From: Ktedonobacterales bacterium
Lineage (GTDB): Bacteria > Chloroflexota > Ktedonobacteria > Ktedonobacterales > JADMIN01
DNA: 32,000 bases
Assembly: GCA_030167145.1 (NCBI GenBank)
Contig: CP126532.1
Coordinates: 3,450,001 to 3,482,000, forward strand
Direction of reading: 5' to 3'
Made by a program: the position numbers and the translations under genes
The notes under the pieces: generated by a model
The model's input: the letters and a program-made list of their open reading frames with translations, nothing else
Databases searched by the model: none
What the model was told of the DNA's origin: nothing
Shown here: piece by piece, positions 8,383-17,063 of the stretch
Position numbering within the stretch: the stretch's first letter is position 1
How the letters are laid out: the number at the start of each line of letters is the position of its first letter

Positions 8383-8841
8383 TTACGCGTCCCGCAATAC
8401 GAACACAGGATGGCGTAGTGCGGCTGCTTCAAGCCCCTCACGCGAAGATTTCGCGGTGATTTCAAAGTATTTCACAAGGAATGCGGGAATGCTGCCATCC
8501 GCCAGACCGCGTTTCAGAACCAGTGCCGCTTCGCCACCTGGCAGTTCTGTTGCCCGCACCGCTTGCGTGCGACGCCCGCGCGTGAGGGTGGCCGCACCCG
8601 CCGCCCGCAGATTGCGTACCCAGTCCACCACGCCAAATGGCGCGAGCAGATAGCGCTTGCCATCCTGCTCGATGACCACGATGGGGGTGGTACGCGGCTG
8701 ACCGCTTTTGCGTCCGCGCACCGTAAGCAGGTAGGTGGGAACGTGATTGGGTCCAACTACGTTGAAGCCCGCGCGCAGCAATGTCCTGGTGAGTATGTTG
8801 CCCAAACGCACAAACCTCGGGATTTGAGATACCTTTGCCAT
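8383..8841 (-). CDS. deazaflavin(F420)-dependent nitroreductase-family oxidoreductase (DDN-like)
   Basis: ATG at 8841 preceded by AAGGA. YLLTVRGRKSGQPRTTPIVVIEQDGKRYLLAPFGVVDWVRNLRAAG matches the family core. Confidence 0.75.
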   Translation of the reverse strand: MAKVSQIPRFVRLGNILTRTLLRAGFNVVGPNHVPTYLLTVRGRKSGQPRTTPIVVIEQDGKRYLLAPFGVVDWVRNLRAAGAATLTRGRRTQAVRATELPGGEAALVLKRGLADGSIPAFLVKYFEITAKSSREGLEAAALRHPVFVLRDA

Positions 8842-8896
8842 ATCATCCTTCAAATTCTATGACGACCACGGGAATGCCTTGCGATTAGCTCGGCGA

Positions 8897-9598
8897 TTAG
8901 CTCGCCTGACGCTGGAATGCCTCTGCCCCGAAGAACTGGAGCAATGTGGGGTGCGCTGAGAATGTTGCCACCGCTACGGCCTTGTGCAGGAAACGATCAT
9001 CGGTGAGCTGTTGGAGCATACAGGCCGCCAGATCGGCCCTGGAGGTGAATTGCCGGCGTATGTGGTCTTCGGCCATCTGATAGTCGGTGACGGCTGGCGT
9101 CTCGAAGAGACCGGAGGGGCGGACGACGGTCCAGTCAAGCTGGCTCTTCATCAAGAGCGTTTCCATTCGCTTCATATCCGCATAGGTCGTCTTCCCAATG
9201 GTGGACAGCACAATCGGTTGCAGTACTTTGTCAAAGATGAATCCTGCCCCGGTATCGTGGTTCGTGCCAACAGCACTTGAACTCACGCAAATAAGGCGGC
9301 GCACGCCGTATCGCTGCATTGCCTGCACAATATGCGCGGTGCCTTGCGAGTAGACGGTAATCGGTTTGCGCGTAAAGGGGACGCCGAGGGTTGAGAGGAC
9401 GGCATCCTGTCCGGCTACCGCCTGTTCCACCGATGAGAGATCGAACACGTCTCCATACATCACCCGCAGATGCTCATGATGGAGCGAGAAAGTCTCTGGA
9501 TGGCGGGTGACGGCTGTCACCATATGTCCCTCGGCAAGCGCCTGCTTCGTCAAGAGGTGTCCTGTTGGACCATTCGCCCCAAAAATGGCAATCTTCAT
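8897..9598 (-). CDS. NAD(P)H-binding atypical SDR (NmrA/BVR-B-like)
   Basis: Internal ATG at 9598 after GGAGGA. MKIAIFGANGPTGHLLTKQALAEGHMVTAVTRHPE is a classic Rossmann N-terminus. 233 aa. Confidence 0.8.
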   Translation of the reverse strand: MKIAIFGANGPTGHLLTKQALAEGHMVTAVTRHPETFSLHHEHLRVMYGDVFDLSSVEQAVAGQDAVLSTLGVPFTRKPITVYSQGTAHIVQAMQRYGVRRLICVSSSAVGTNHDTGAGFIFDKVLQPIVLSTIGKTTYADMKRMETLLMKSQLDWTVVRPSGLFETPAVTDYQMAEDHIRRQFTSRADLAACMLQQLTDDRFLHKAVAVATFSAHPTLLQFFGAEAFQRQAS

Positions 9599-9792
9599 CG
9601 TGTTCCTCCGATGCGTAGTTCTGTTGCTGTCATGACCAATATCTGCGATCATCACTACTGAAGAGGGTTGAGCCATCCATTTTGGGACAGGTACGCCCAC
9701 CCAGCTTGGCGTATGCCAGACGCATCGTGCTGCCATTGCTGGCACATCTGAGGCAGGTGGTGTAGTGTGGGGTGCGGGCTAAAGAACACAGT

Positions 9793-10605
9793 CTATTCGG
9801 CAGTTCCCGGACTATCACTGCCTTCAAGATGTGCATGCCTCTCGGCGTCTGTGGCGCGAGGCTCGTGCAGCACGCGCGGCGGGGGCACACTCTCGCTCTC
9901 GCGTTCTTCCGTCACCGTCACCACTTCGCGGCGCAGATCGCTCACCACTTCGTGCTGCTCGCGAACCAGATCTTTGCGGATCCGCAGATATTCGACGATC
10001 ACCGCCTCCTTGCGGATGACTAGCCGCTCTTCGATGACCGGAATCAGCACTTCATTGGGGTTCGGCGACGGCATGCCATCGTACTGATCGGCGGCGATAT
10101 GCTCGATCACGGCTTGCTCGCGATACATCGGCAGCGACATGCGCTCCTGCCGCGTCTCCACATCCTTGTGAACATGCACTTTGCCCAGCCGCACCGGCTC
10201 CTTGCGTACAATCATCTCTTCCGCCGCCACCGGCGCCCGCAGCACGGGCTGTTCGTCGCTCGCCACCGGCTCGGCGCGTGGCGCGCTGACTGGCGCGCTG
10301 GGCGACGAGCTGGGCGGCGTGGTCGCACGTGCGACCTTCGGCGGGATCGCTTCGACGATGTAATGCGTTAGCTCATCGGGGCGAATCTGTACCTGCACCA
10401 GCGGATGAAATGCGCCCTGCGTCACGGAGTTGATGAACATCAGCGGAATGCTGTAGCGCCAGCGGCCGTCGTCCGAGCGCACCACCATGCGGTCGGGCAG
10501 TTCGTCATCGCTGGTCCAGTGATGTTCGAGCCGTTCTACCGTGCCGATGAAACCGCTCTCGCCGCGCACGCGCGCTCCCGGAAGTAACGATGCGTAACTA
10601 CTCAT
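9793..10605 (-). CDS. DUF2382 (YsnF/AvaK) domain stress-type protein
   Basis: Internal ATG at 10605. The C-terminal half has the repeated pattern EEMIVRKEPVRLGKVHVHKDVETRQE and VIEERLVIRKEAVIVEYLRIRKDLVREQHEV, typical of DUF2382. A Pro/Ser/Ala linker sits in the middle. Confidence 0.7.
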   Translation of the reverse strand: MSSYASLLPGARVRGESGFIGTVERLEHHWTSDDELPDRMVVRSDDGRWRYSIPLMFINSVTQGAFHPLVQVQIRPDELTHYIVEAIPPKVARATTPPSSSPSAPVSAPRAEPVASDEQPVLRAPVAAEEMIVRKEPVRLGKVHVHKDVETRQERMSLPMYREQAVIEHIAADQYDGMPSPNPNEVLIPVIEERLVIRKEAVIVEYLRIRKDLVREQHEVVSDLRREVVTVTEERESESVPPPRVLHEPRATDAERHAHLEGSDSPGTAE

Positions 10606-10738
10606 CGCGCGCCCCTTCCCAGGAGTCCCTGTTCGGTTCAGCGCCGACTTCGAATATCGTGGCGCTCTCTGGCTAGCCTGGCTCGCTCGCATGGTCCGCA
10701 CAGCCTATGCCAGTGGCGGATGTGAATGGCATGCGCAT

Positions 10739-11134
10739 TCAATGCAGCCGTACCTCTTCGATCTTGTTGAGCAGGTCATCTATATCGAAGGGTTTGGCCA
10801 GGAATCCTTCGACCCCCACCCGTGCCATGCGCGCCTGGGCCAGGGTATCGGCAGTGAGCACGATGATCGGAAACTCGTCGCGGCGGCCCAATCGCCGCAG
10901 TTCTTCCAGGAATTCGTAGCCATCCATGCGAGGCATCCGGACATCGAGCAGAATCGCCTTCGGCATCACCCGGTCGAGCTGGCGCAACGCATCAAGGCCG
11001 TCGCTTGCCATCGCGACGGTGTAGCCCTCTAGCTCCAGCAGCGATCGCAGCGTCTCACGCAAACCTGTGTCGTCATCAATGATCAGTATGGTTGTCGTCA
11101 ACATGGGCGGCGTTTCGATCTCACTCGTCAGCAT
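10739..11134 (-). CDS. single-domain response regulator (CheY-like receiver)
   Basis: ILIIDDDTGLRETL...ILLDVRMPRMDGYEFL...PIIVLTA...LAKPF is a complete receiver domain with no output domain. The start is ambiguous: in-frame ATGs lie at 11221, 11164, 11134 and 11104. 11134 has a weak GGGGA SD. No histidine kinase gene lies in the window. Confidence 0.85.
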   Translation of the reverse strand: MLTSEIETPPMLTTTILIIDDDTGLRETLRSLLELEGYTVAMASDGLDALRQLDRVMPKAILLDVRMPRMDGYEFLEELRRLGRRDEFPIIVLTADTLAQARMARVGVEGFLAKPFDIDDLLNKIEEVRLH

Positions 11135-11162
11135 GACGATCCCCTGGACTGTGCTCCGGCTC

Positions 11163-11238
11163 ATGGCGCTGCTGGCATGGCGCTGGCATGCGTTGGCAAT
11201 GCATTGGCATGGCGCTGGCATGGCGCTGGCATACACAG
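11163..11238. repeat. imperfect tandem array of an 11-nt unit (GGCATGGCGCT), about 6 copies
   Basis: Units at 11174, 11185 (10 nt), 11195, 11206 and 11217, plus partial units at 11163 and 11228. 11206-11227 is a perfect 22-nt tandem duplication. The array lies directly upstream of, or within the possible 5' extension of, the response regulator gene. Confidence 0.85.
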
Positions 11239-11251
11239 CACGACACGACAC

Positions 11252-11260
11252 ATCATAGCA
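11252..11260 (-). promoter_or_regulatory. candidate extended -10 promoter (TGcTATGAT) for the response regulator
   Basis: The minus strand reads gagcagTGcTATGATgtgtcg. There is no good -35. The site is upstream of the tandem repeat, so the repeat would be transcribed. Confidence 0.3.
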
Positions 11261-11334
11261 CTGCTCAGAGCGCAATCTTCGGGCCAGCAGTGGTGGTGCG
11301 CGCTGAGCGACGCGCTGTGAGTGCGCCTATGACC

Positions 11335-13560
11335 CTAATACTCGACTGTTACGACCACATCGCCCTCGCGCCGCAACACCGCCACGTGTGTTGTCGCCAT
11401 CTCACGCAGGTAGCGCAGATCCACGCGCGCCTGCCCAACATGGAGACCACGCACGGTGACGGTGGTGAGCCATTCCGGCAGGTGCGGGCGGGTGATGTGC
11501 AGCGTCTTAAACAGCGCGTGCGGCTCAAGCCCCAACGCCGATTGCAGCAGCAGTGGCAGCGCGCCCGCTGCCCACGCCTGCGGACTGCACGCCACGGGAT
11601 AGGTGACGGGACGGCGGTATTGATCCCGGCTGAAGCCGTCAAAGACCTCTGGCAGGCGAAAATGTGGGAAATGCGTCGCCGCCTGGAAGATGCCCGTGAA
11701 GACACGTTCCATTTGCTCCGCAAACCCCCAATGCCGTAACCCCAGTGCGATCAGCGCGTTATCATGCGGCCAGACCGACCCTACCTGATAGTCCAGCGGA
11801 TTGTAGGCCGCCTCTGTCTCGGCGAGCGTGCGGATGCCCCAGCCACAGAACATGTCGCTCTCCAGCAGCCGTTCCGCGATCGCCTTGGCGCGTTCATCGG
11901 GGACGATGCCAGTGAAGAGCGTATGCCCCGCATTCGATGCGATGGCCTCGGACCGCTTTCCGCCGCGCTCGATTGCGAGCGCATAATAGCGCTGCTCTTC
12001 CATCCAATAGGCATCATTGAAGCGCCGTTTCAGCGCCTCGGCCCGTTGCTCCAACGGCGCGGCGCGCTGGGCTTCGCCCAGGTCGCGCAGCAATCCCGCG
12101 ATACGATGCCATGTACGATAAGCATAGCCCTGCACCTCCACCAGGGCCACCGGTGGCTGCACCAGCGAGCCATCGGTGTTGACAATCGCATTGTCCGAAT
12201 CTTTCCAGCCCTGGTTTACGAACCCCCTTTCGGATTTAGTGCCGTAGGTGAAGAAACCGTTTAGCGTGCTTGTCTTCTCATTGTGATCCATCCAATCGAG
12301 CGCCCGCTCGACATTCTCGCGCAGTTCGACGAAGAGGCCGACGTCACCGGTCCAGCGCACATATTGCTCCAGCAGCATCAGAAACCACATGGTCGAGTCT
12401 ACGCTGCCGTAGTAGGGCGTCATCGGAATCTCGTGCAGATTTGCCGTCTCGCCCACGCGCAACTCATGCAGAATCTTTCCTGGCTCTTCGTCCTCATAGG
12501 CGTTGTGGCGTGTGCCCTGATAGTGGGCGAGCACGCGGAGAGTGCTGCGCGCCAGGGCAGGCTGGAAGGCGAGCGTCTCGAATGCCGTGATGCAGCTATC
12601 GCGCCCAAACAGCGCCACATACCACGGAATGCCCGCCGCGACATAGGCGTCCTGGCGGTCCACGGTGATCAGCATGCGTACATCATCGAACGAGCGTCGC
12701 AGCGCGCGGTCAAACAGCGCGTTCGAGGTTTCGATTTCGGGCAACTGCGCGAGTATCTGGTCAAACTCTGAATGCTGCTCAATCCCGGTCGTCATGGTCT
12801 GCATGCCCACTGGGCTGTGCGCCTCGTGCCGCACCTCATCGCTGAGTTCGAGCGTCAGCGTAATCGTTTGCCGCGCGTGTGGCGGCAGAGTCACCGTATA
12901 GTCAGCGACACCACCATGCAGTGACTCAGGAGCCGGTGTGAAACGGATCTGCGTCGCGCGGGCATGCCCATCCGCGCCGTTGTAGCCTAGCGTGAGCATA
13001 TCGCCATGCGCGTGCGACGTATGCAGCCTGCCGCGCTGCACCGGCTCGCGCACAAAACTGCGGACCACCATCATATCGTCGAACTGGCTTCCGAAGAGCA
13101 TCCGCAAAGGGAACGACACCGCTTCCCGTTCCAGGTTCCGCACCTCAATCTCCTGCGTAATGTCTTGCGCAATCGTATAGCTGCGCCGAATGCTCAGCGA
13201 CTGCTTGCGAATCTCTGTGCCGTCCGCCAGCACGAGATGGGGATTCGTTAACTCGAACACCGCCACCGAGCCTTTTTCCGCGTCCGCCAGCAGCGACACA
13301 GGTCGCTGCTCATTTAGTTGCAATTCCATGTGGTCGAGGTAGCGCATATCACGAAAATAGAGACCCTCGCCATTTGCGCCATGAGGTATGTCGCCGGTGG
13401 GCGAGAGCAACAGAAATACCTGATTATGCTTGACGGTAATCGTTCCTGAAATATCGCTGATATGCGCCCGGTGCGCATGCTTGCCGCTGTCCCGCTTCAA
13501 CTCGCGCTTATCTTCGTGCTGTTGTTTGCGCTCCAGGCGTTCCGCATGGCGTGTGGTCAT
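11335..13560 (-). CDS. amylo-alpha-1,6-glucosidase family protein (bacterial glycogen-debranching-enzyme-like)
   Basis: ATG at 13560 after AAGGAG. N-terminal VKHNQVFLLLSPTGDI...GLYFRDMRYL is GDE_N-like. AGIPWYVALFGRDSCITAFE and the six-hairpin C-terminal part (WPHDNALIALGL) fit the GDE_C family. 741 aa. Confidence 0.8.
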   Translation of the reverse strand: MTTRHAERLERKQQHEDKRELKRDSGKHAHRAHISDISGTITVKHNQVFLLLSPTGDIPHGANGEGLYFRDMRYLDHMELQLNEQRPVSLLADAEKGSVAVFELTNPHLVLADGTEIRKQSLSIRRSYTIAQDITQEIEVRNLEREAVSFPLRMLFGSQFDDMMVVRSFVREPVQRGRLHTSHAHGDMLTLGYNGADGHARATQIRFTPAPESLHGGVADYTVTLPPHARQTITLTLELSDEVRHEAHSPVGMQTMTTGIEQHSEFDQILAQLPEIETSNALFDRALRRSFDDVRMLITVDRQDAYVAAGIPWYVALFGRDSCITAFETLAFQPALARSTLRVLAHYQGTRHNAYEDEEPGKILHELRVGETANLHEIPMTPYYGSVDSTMWFLMLLEQYVRWTGDVGLFVELRENVERALDWMDHNEKTSTLNGFFTYGTKSERGFVNQGWKDSDNAIVNTDGSLVQPPVALVEVQGYAYRTWHRIAGLLRDLGEAQRAAPLEQRAEALKRRFNDAYWMEEQRYYALAIERGGKRSEAIASNAGHTLFTGIVPDERAKAIAERLLESDMFCGWGIRTLAETEAAYNPLDYQVGSVWPHDNALIALGLRHWGFAEQMERVFTGIFQAATHFPHFRLPEVFDGFSRDQYRRPVTYPVACSPQAWAAGALPLLLQSALGLEPHALFKTLHITRPHLPEWLTTVTVRGLHVGQARVDLRYLREMATTHVAVLRREGDVVVTVEY

Positions 13561-13582
13561 TCTTGCTCGCTCCTTTGCGGTC

Positions 13583-13620
13583 GCTGCCGCTCCGCGTGCT
13601 GTATGGAGACGCGCGGCAGC
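13583..13620 (-). promoter_or_regulatory. GC-rich stem-loop (8-bp stem GCTGCCGC/GCGGCAGC, 22-nt loop) 8 nt upstream of the glucosidase SD
   Basis: Read directly. No U-tract, so it is not an intrinsic terminator. It could be a 5' stabiliser or a translational element. Confidence 0.25.
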
Positions 13621-13703
13621 GTCCATCCGTAGTCCGCAAGATGTGCGCCGGGAAGTGGGTCAGGCAATCAGCGGCTCGCGGCAGGCGCAAAGAAGCGAAT
13701 CGG

Positions 13704-14648
13704 CTACCCGTTCTCGTCGTCGCGGCGTTCCGCACGGAGCAGCGCTTCCAGCGCCGCCGCGGCTTCCGGGGTCAGCGCGCCCTTTGCGCGGGCCAGCGGC
13801 AGCGCCAGCAACCCCAGCGCGCGGTAGGCGTCCAGCAGCGCCGCGCCTTCCGCGTTCGTTTCCGCCGCGTCGCGCAGCCAATCTAGGTGCGCCGCCACGG
13901 TGCCTACATCGCCGCGCGCCAGCGGACCCGTCAGCGCGGCGGGCAGCCCAGAGGTCGCGAGGCTTTCCACCGTCGCGCGCAGCAGCGGCAGCAGCGCGCG
14001 CAACGCCTCATCGCGCTCTACGCCGAACGCCCCCCACAGTTGCACCGCCGCGCCCGCGAGCGCCGCCACGTAATTCGACATCAGCACGCCGGAGATGTGG
14101 TACGGGATGCGATTTTCCGCCCGCAGCCGCACCACCTGCCCATCCAGCGCCGCCACCATCGCTTCAAGGTCTTCGCGCAGCGCCGCGTCGTCGCAATCCA
14201 GCGCCCACACGCAGCCCGCCATCCGCGCCAGCAGCGCCGCGACGGGGGTATCCAGCGGCAGACGCGGGAATGTCATCAGCGGATGCAGCGCGGCGATTCG
14301 CGCGCCGCGTTCCTGGGCTGCCGCCAGCGCGCCAGTGTGTTTCGCGCCGCTGAGGTGTACGGCCGCCTGGTCTGGTCGCCAGGGAAGCGTCTGCGCCAGG
14401 GGCGTGATGGCGTCATCGGCCACCGCCAACAGCACCAGATCCGCCGCCGCTACGACTTCCACCGCCGTTGTCGCAATGACCTGTCCGGGCAGCACAGCAG
14501 CCAGCGCCGCCGCATGCGCCTGGTCGCGCGCTGCCACCGCCGTCATCCGCGCGCCGCCCGCCGCCAGCGTCCGCGCGAGCGCCGAGCCAACCGCGCCCGC
14601 GCCGATCACGCCGACGCGCCCAAGTGTGCTGAGATCACTGGATTCCAT
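13704..14648 (-). CDS. Rossmann-fold NADP oxidoreductase-like protein with DUF2520 C-terminal domain
   Basis: GRVGVIGAGAVGSALARTLAAGG is a dinucleotide-binding motif. The C-terminal half has RIPYHISGVLMSNYV...LTGPLARGD, typical of DUF2520. The start is either ATG 14648 (GAGG upstream) or GTG 14669, which is 3 nt from the upstream stop. Confidence 0.7.
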   Translation of the reverse strand: MESSDLSTLGRVGVIGAGAVGSALARTLAAGGARMTAVAARDQAHAAALAAVLPGQVIATTAVEVVAAADLVLLAVADDAITPLAQTLPWRPDQAAVHLSGAKHTGALAAAQERGARIAALHPLMTFPRLPLDTPVAALLARMAGCVWALDCDDAALREDLEAMVAALDGQVVRLRAENRIPYHISGVLMSNYVAALAGAAVQLWGAFGVERDEALRALLPLLRATVESLATSGLPAALTGPLARGDVGTVAAHLDWLRDAAETNAEGAALLDAYRALGLLALPLARAKGALTPEAAAALEALLRAERRDDENG

Positions 14649-14672
14649 TCGTGTCGTCGCCTCGTTCACCTA

Positions 14673-15875
14673 TCAGAGCGGGCGGATGATGGTGAGATCA
14701 CGAAATACAACTTCGGATCCTGTGCCTGCCAACGCGATTTCTCCCGTCGCGTAGGATGTATCATCAGCGGTGCCAACTTGTACGCCGTTGACGAAGAACG
14801 TGAAGTGTGAGCCTTTCGCCTGCACTTCGAGGGTATTCGAGGTGTTCAGTCCGCCCTGGATCGCCGCGTTGGCCGTGACATCCACTACAGCCGTACATTG
14901 TTTCTTGATGTCATCGCAGGAATAGAATGCCCACTTGCCATTGCTGTCAATGTCAAAGTCATAGTGACTTTGGTTCTCGATTCCACGGAACACCAGACCG
15001 TAGGGATTCACGGTGGGTCCACTGAGTTGGATTACCTGCACTTTGATGTCCACATTGGCTTGATTGCCAATCGGGGCCACACAGTAGTAGTTACCTTTGA
15101 TATGATAGCCGTCGCTACGAAAGAAGCAATTTTGATTGTTGGGCCAGCCATCGGTCGCAGATGTCAGAGTATTCTGGTAGAGCACCGTCGGGCCAGGGGT
15201 GGTTGTAGCCTGCGCCCTGAGGCTGGCCTTGCCGATGGCATAGAGCAGGCCCACCGCGCTGACGAGCACGACAAGCACACCGACGACCACCGCCGAGATA
15301 ATACAGCCCGCGCGGCTTTTGCGCTGCTGCGTGGGCGCGGCGCCCATACGCGAATTCGGCGCTGGGAAGCCCTGCGGTATACTGTATGGCGCACCGAAAG
15401 GCGTGGTGGGCGGCGCGGCAGGCGGATACATCTGCCGCGAGTTCGGCGCGTATCCCGCTGGCGGAAAGCCTGCTTGCGCGCGTGGCTGCTGTGGCGGATA
15501 GTAGTCTTCCCGCGCTGATGGCGGATACTCTGAGCGAGACCGCGAGGGTGGATACCCCGCCTGAGATCGCGACGGCGGATAGTCCGCTGGATACCGTGCA
15601 TTGGAGCGTTGCCCGGACCCATAGCCGGAAGATGGCCCGCGCGCATAGGGCGGCGCATCGCCCTCTGGATACGCTTCGGGATACTCCGGCGGATAGCCCT
15701 CCGGGTAGTCGCGCGCAGAGCGGTCGCGCGGTCCACCTGACCTGCTGTGTGGGGCCTGCTGTCCGTAGCCCTGGCCGTATGGTGGCTGTGGCTGGCGGGC
15801 AAGCGGCTCGCCACAGCGCGGGCAGTGAGAGGGAATGTTCTGATAAAAAGCCAGACCGCAATTGGGGCAGCGCAT
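14673..15875 (-). CDS. zinc-ribbon / Pro-Tyr-rich linker / single TM / DUF1080-like (concanavalin-type) ectodomain protein
   Basis: ATG 15875 after GGAG. N-terminus MRCPNCG...CPRCG. About 170 aa of YPP/YPE-rich low complexity. TM AGCIISAVVVGVLVVLVSAVGLLYAI. The C-terminal domain has GLVFRG...YDFDIDSNGKW...NTLEVQAKGSHFTFFVNGVQVG...GEIALAG...VVFRDLTI, the pattern of 3-keto-disaccharide hydrolase/DUF1080 domains. Confidence 0.75.
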   Translation of the reverse strand: MRCPNCGLAFYQNIPSHCPRCGEPLARQPQPPYGQGYGQQAPHSRSGGPRDRSARDYPEGYPPEYPEAYPEGDAPPYARGPSSGYGSGQRSNARYPADYPPSRSQAGYPPSRSRSEYPPSAREDYYPPQQPRAQAGFPPAGYAPNSRQMYPPAAPPTTPFGAPYSIPQGFPAPNSRMGAAPTQQRKSRAGCIISAVVVGVLVVLVSAVGLLYAIGKASLRAQATTTPGPTVLYQNTLTSATDGWPNNQNCFFRSDGYHIKGNYYCVAPIGNQANVDIKVQVIQLSGPTVNPYGLVFRGIENQSHYDFDIDSNGKWAFYSCDDIKKQCTAVVDVTANAAIQGGLNTSNTLEVQAKGSHFTFFVNGVQVGTADDTSYATGEIALAGTGSEVVFRDLTIIRPL

Positions 15876-15937
15876 ACACAACTCCACTGATTCGCGCCTA
15901 TCCGCATACATTCAACAGCCAGGCAGGGTGCAGCGAC

Positions 15938-15966
15938 ATTATAGGCCAAACAAGGGCGGTTGGCTA
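15938..15966 (-). promoter_or_regulatory. candidate promoter TAGCCA-N17-TATAAT for the zinc-ribbon gene
   Basis: The minus strand reads cacTAGCCAaccgcccttgtttggccTATAATgtcgc. The -10 is perfect and lies about 60 nt upstream of ATG 15875. Confidence 0.4.
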
Positions 15967-16069
15967 GTGCTGGTGTATTTCTCTTAGCGGTGGCGTGGCG
16001 TGGAGGCGTGGCTGGCGGATATTCCCCTGTCTCGCGGCAGGAAAGCGGATAGGATGGAAGAACGCTGGC

Positions 16070-16999
16070 TCAATCCAGATATTCTTTGAGGATGCGGCTG
16101 GATGTCGGATGGCGCAGCTTGCGAATCGCGCGCTCTTCGATCTGCCGCACGCGCTCGCGCGTGACCTTCAGCTTCTTGCCCACTTCTTCGAGGGTGTGGT
16201 CGTGGTCATCCACCAGGCCGAAGCGCAGTTCGATCACCTGGCGCTCGCGCAGCGTCAGATTGTTCAGCACGCGCCGCACTTCTTCGCGTAGCAAGGCGCG
16301 CTCTGTCGAATCCGATGGGCCGGGCGCCTGGGTGTCTTCGATGATGTCCGAGAGCGAATTCTCTTCCTCATCGGAAAGTGGCGCGTCCAGCGAGAAGACT
16401 TTCTCCGCCAGCACCTGCAAGTTGATCACGCGCTCGGCGGGAATATCCAGCGCCGCGCCGATCTGCGCGGGTGTCGGCTCATGCCCGTATTCTTGATAGA
16501 GCTGGCGTGTCACCCGCTTGACGCGCATCACCTCTTCCATGATGTAGACCGGCAGACGCACAGTGCGCGTCCCTTCCAACAGAGACCGCGTGATTGCCTG
16601 TTTGATCCACCACGTGGCATAGGTGGAGAAGCGGAAGCCCTTCTCCGCGTCGAATTTGCCCACCGCGCGAATCAAGCCGATATTGCCTTCGCCGATCAAG
16701 TCTTCCATCTGCAAGCCCTGGCCAGCATAGCGCTTGGCGATACTCACCACCAGCCGCAGATTCGCCTCGATCAACTGATTGCGCGCCTCGCGTTCGTTGC
16801 GTGCGACGCGACGGGCAACCTCCAACTCGCTCTGCGCCGAGAGCAGCGGGATGCGCGAAATCTCGCGCAAGTAGAGGCGCAGGCTGTCGCTGGAAGCCAG
16901 TGCGCTCATATCTGATGTGTCTGCATCCACGATTGGCTCGCGCTCAGTGCGCGCCGCTCGTTCCGCTTCATAGGCCGCTGCGCGGTCGTCCATATTCAT
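16070..16999 (-). CDS. RNA polymerase sigma factor, RpoD/SigA family (regions 1.2-4.2)
   Basis: 309 aa. [58 protein letters not shown], and [29 protein letters not shown]. Confidence 0.9.
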   Translation of the reverse strand: MNMDDRAAAYEAERAARTEREPIVDADTSDMSALASSDSLRLYLREISRIPLLSAQSELEVARRVARNEREARNQLIEANLRLVVSIAKRYAGQGLQMEDLIGEGNIGLIRAVGKFDAEKGFRFSTYATWWIKQAITRSLLEGTRTVRLPVYIMEEVMRVKRVTRQLYQEYGHEPTPAQIGAALDIPAERVINLQVLAEKVFSLDAPLSDEEENSLSDIIEDTQAPGPSDSTERALLREEVRRVLNNLTLRERQVIELRFGLVDDHDHTLEEVGKKLKVTRERVRQIEERAIRKLRHPTSSRILKEYLD

Positions 17000-17034
17000 G
17001 AGTTACCGCTCGTTCCTCTGGGACCACTGCGCGG

Positions 17035-17063
17035 CAGTATAGCACTCTCACTACCCTGCCGCA
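17035..17063 (-). promoter_or_regulatory. candidate promoter TTGCGG-N17-TATACT (with TGc extended -10) for the RpoD-like sigma gene
   Basis: The minus strand reads tgggcacTTGCGGcagggtagtgagagTGcTATACTgccg, 36 nt upstream of the ATG. Confidence 0.45.

Noticed and set aside
9663-9689. TGTCCCA on the minus strand upstream of the SDR gene as an ECF41-type -35 (published pattern TGTCACA-N16-CGTC)
   Set aside because: The sequence 16 nt downstream is CCTC, not CGTC, so only half of the motif is present.
11174-11232. TGGCA-containing repeats as possible sigma54 (-24/-12) promoters
   Set aside because: The GG and GC elements are spaced one base off the TGGCAC-N5-TTGCA pattern. They are also on the plus strand, where no gene lies downstream.
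13430-14810. Two 307-aa plus-strand ORFs (13430..14353 and 13887..14810)
   Set aside because: They are antisense to the DUF2520 gene and give Arg/Pro/Ala-rich nonsense-like products. The minus-strand frame has a clear Rossmann motif and family blocks.
15115-15949. Two alternative minus-strand frames (254 and 261 aa) through the Pro/Tyr-rich region
   Set aside because: Low-complexity GC-rich DNA keeps several frames open. Only the chosen frame joins the N-terminal zinc ribbon, the TM helix and the DUF1080-like domain in one ORF.
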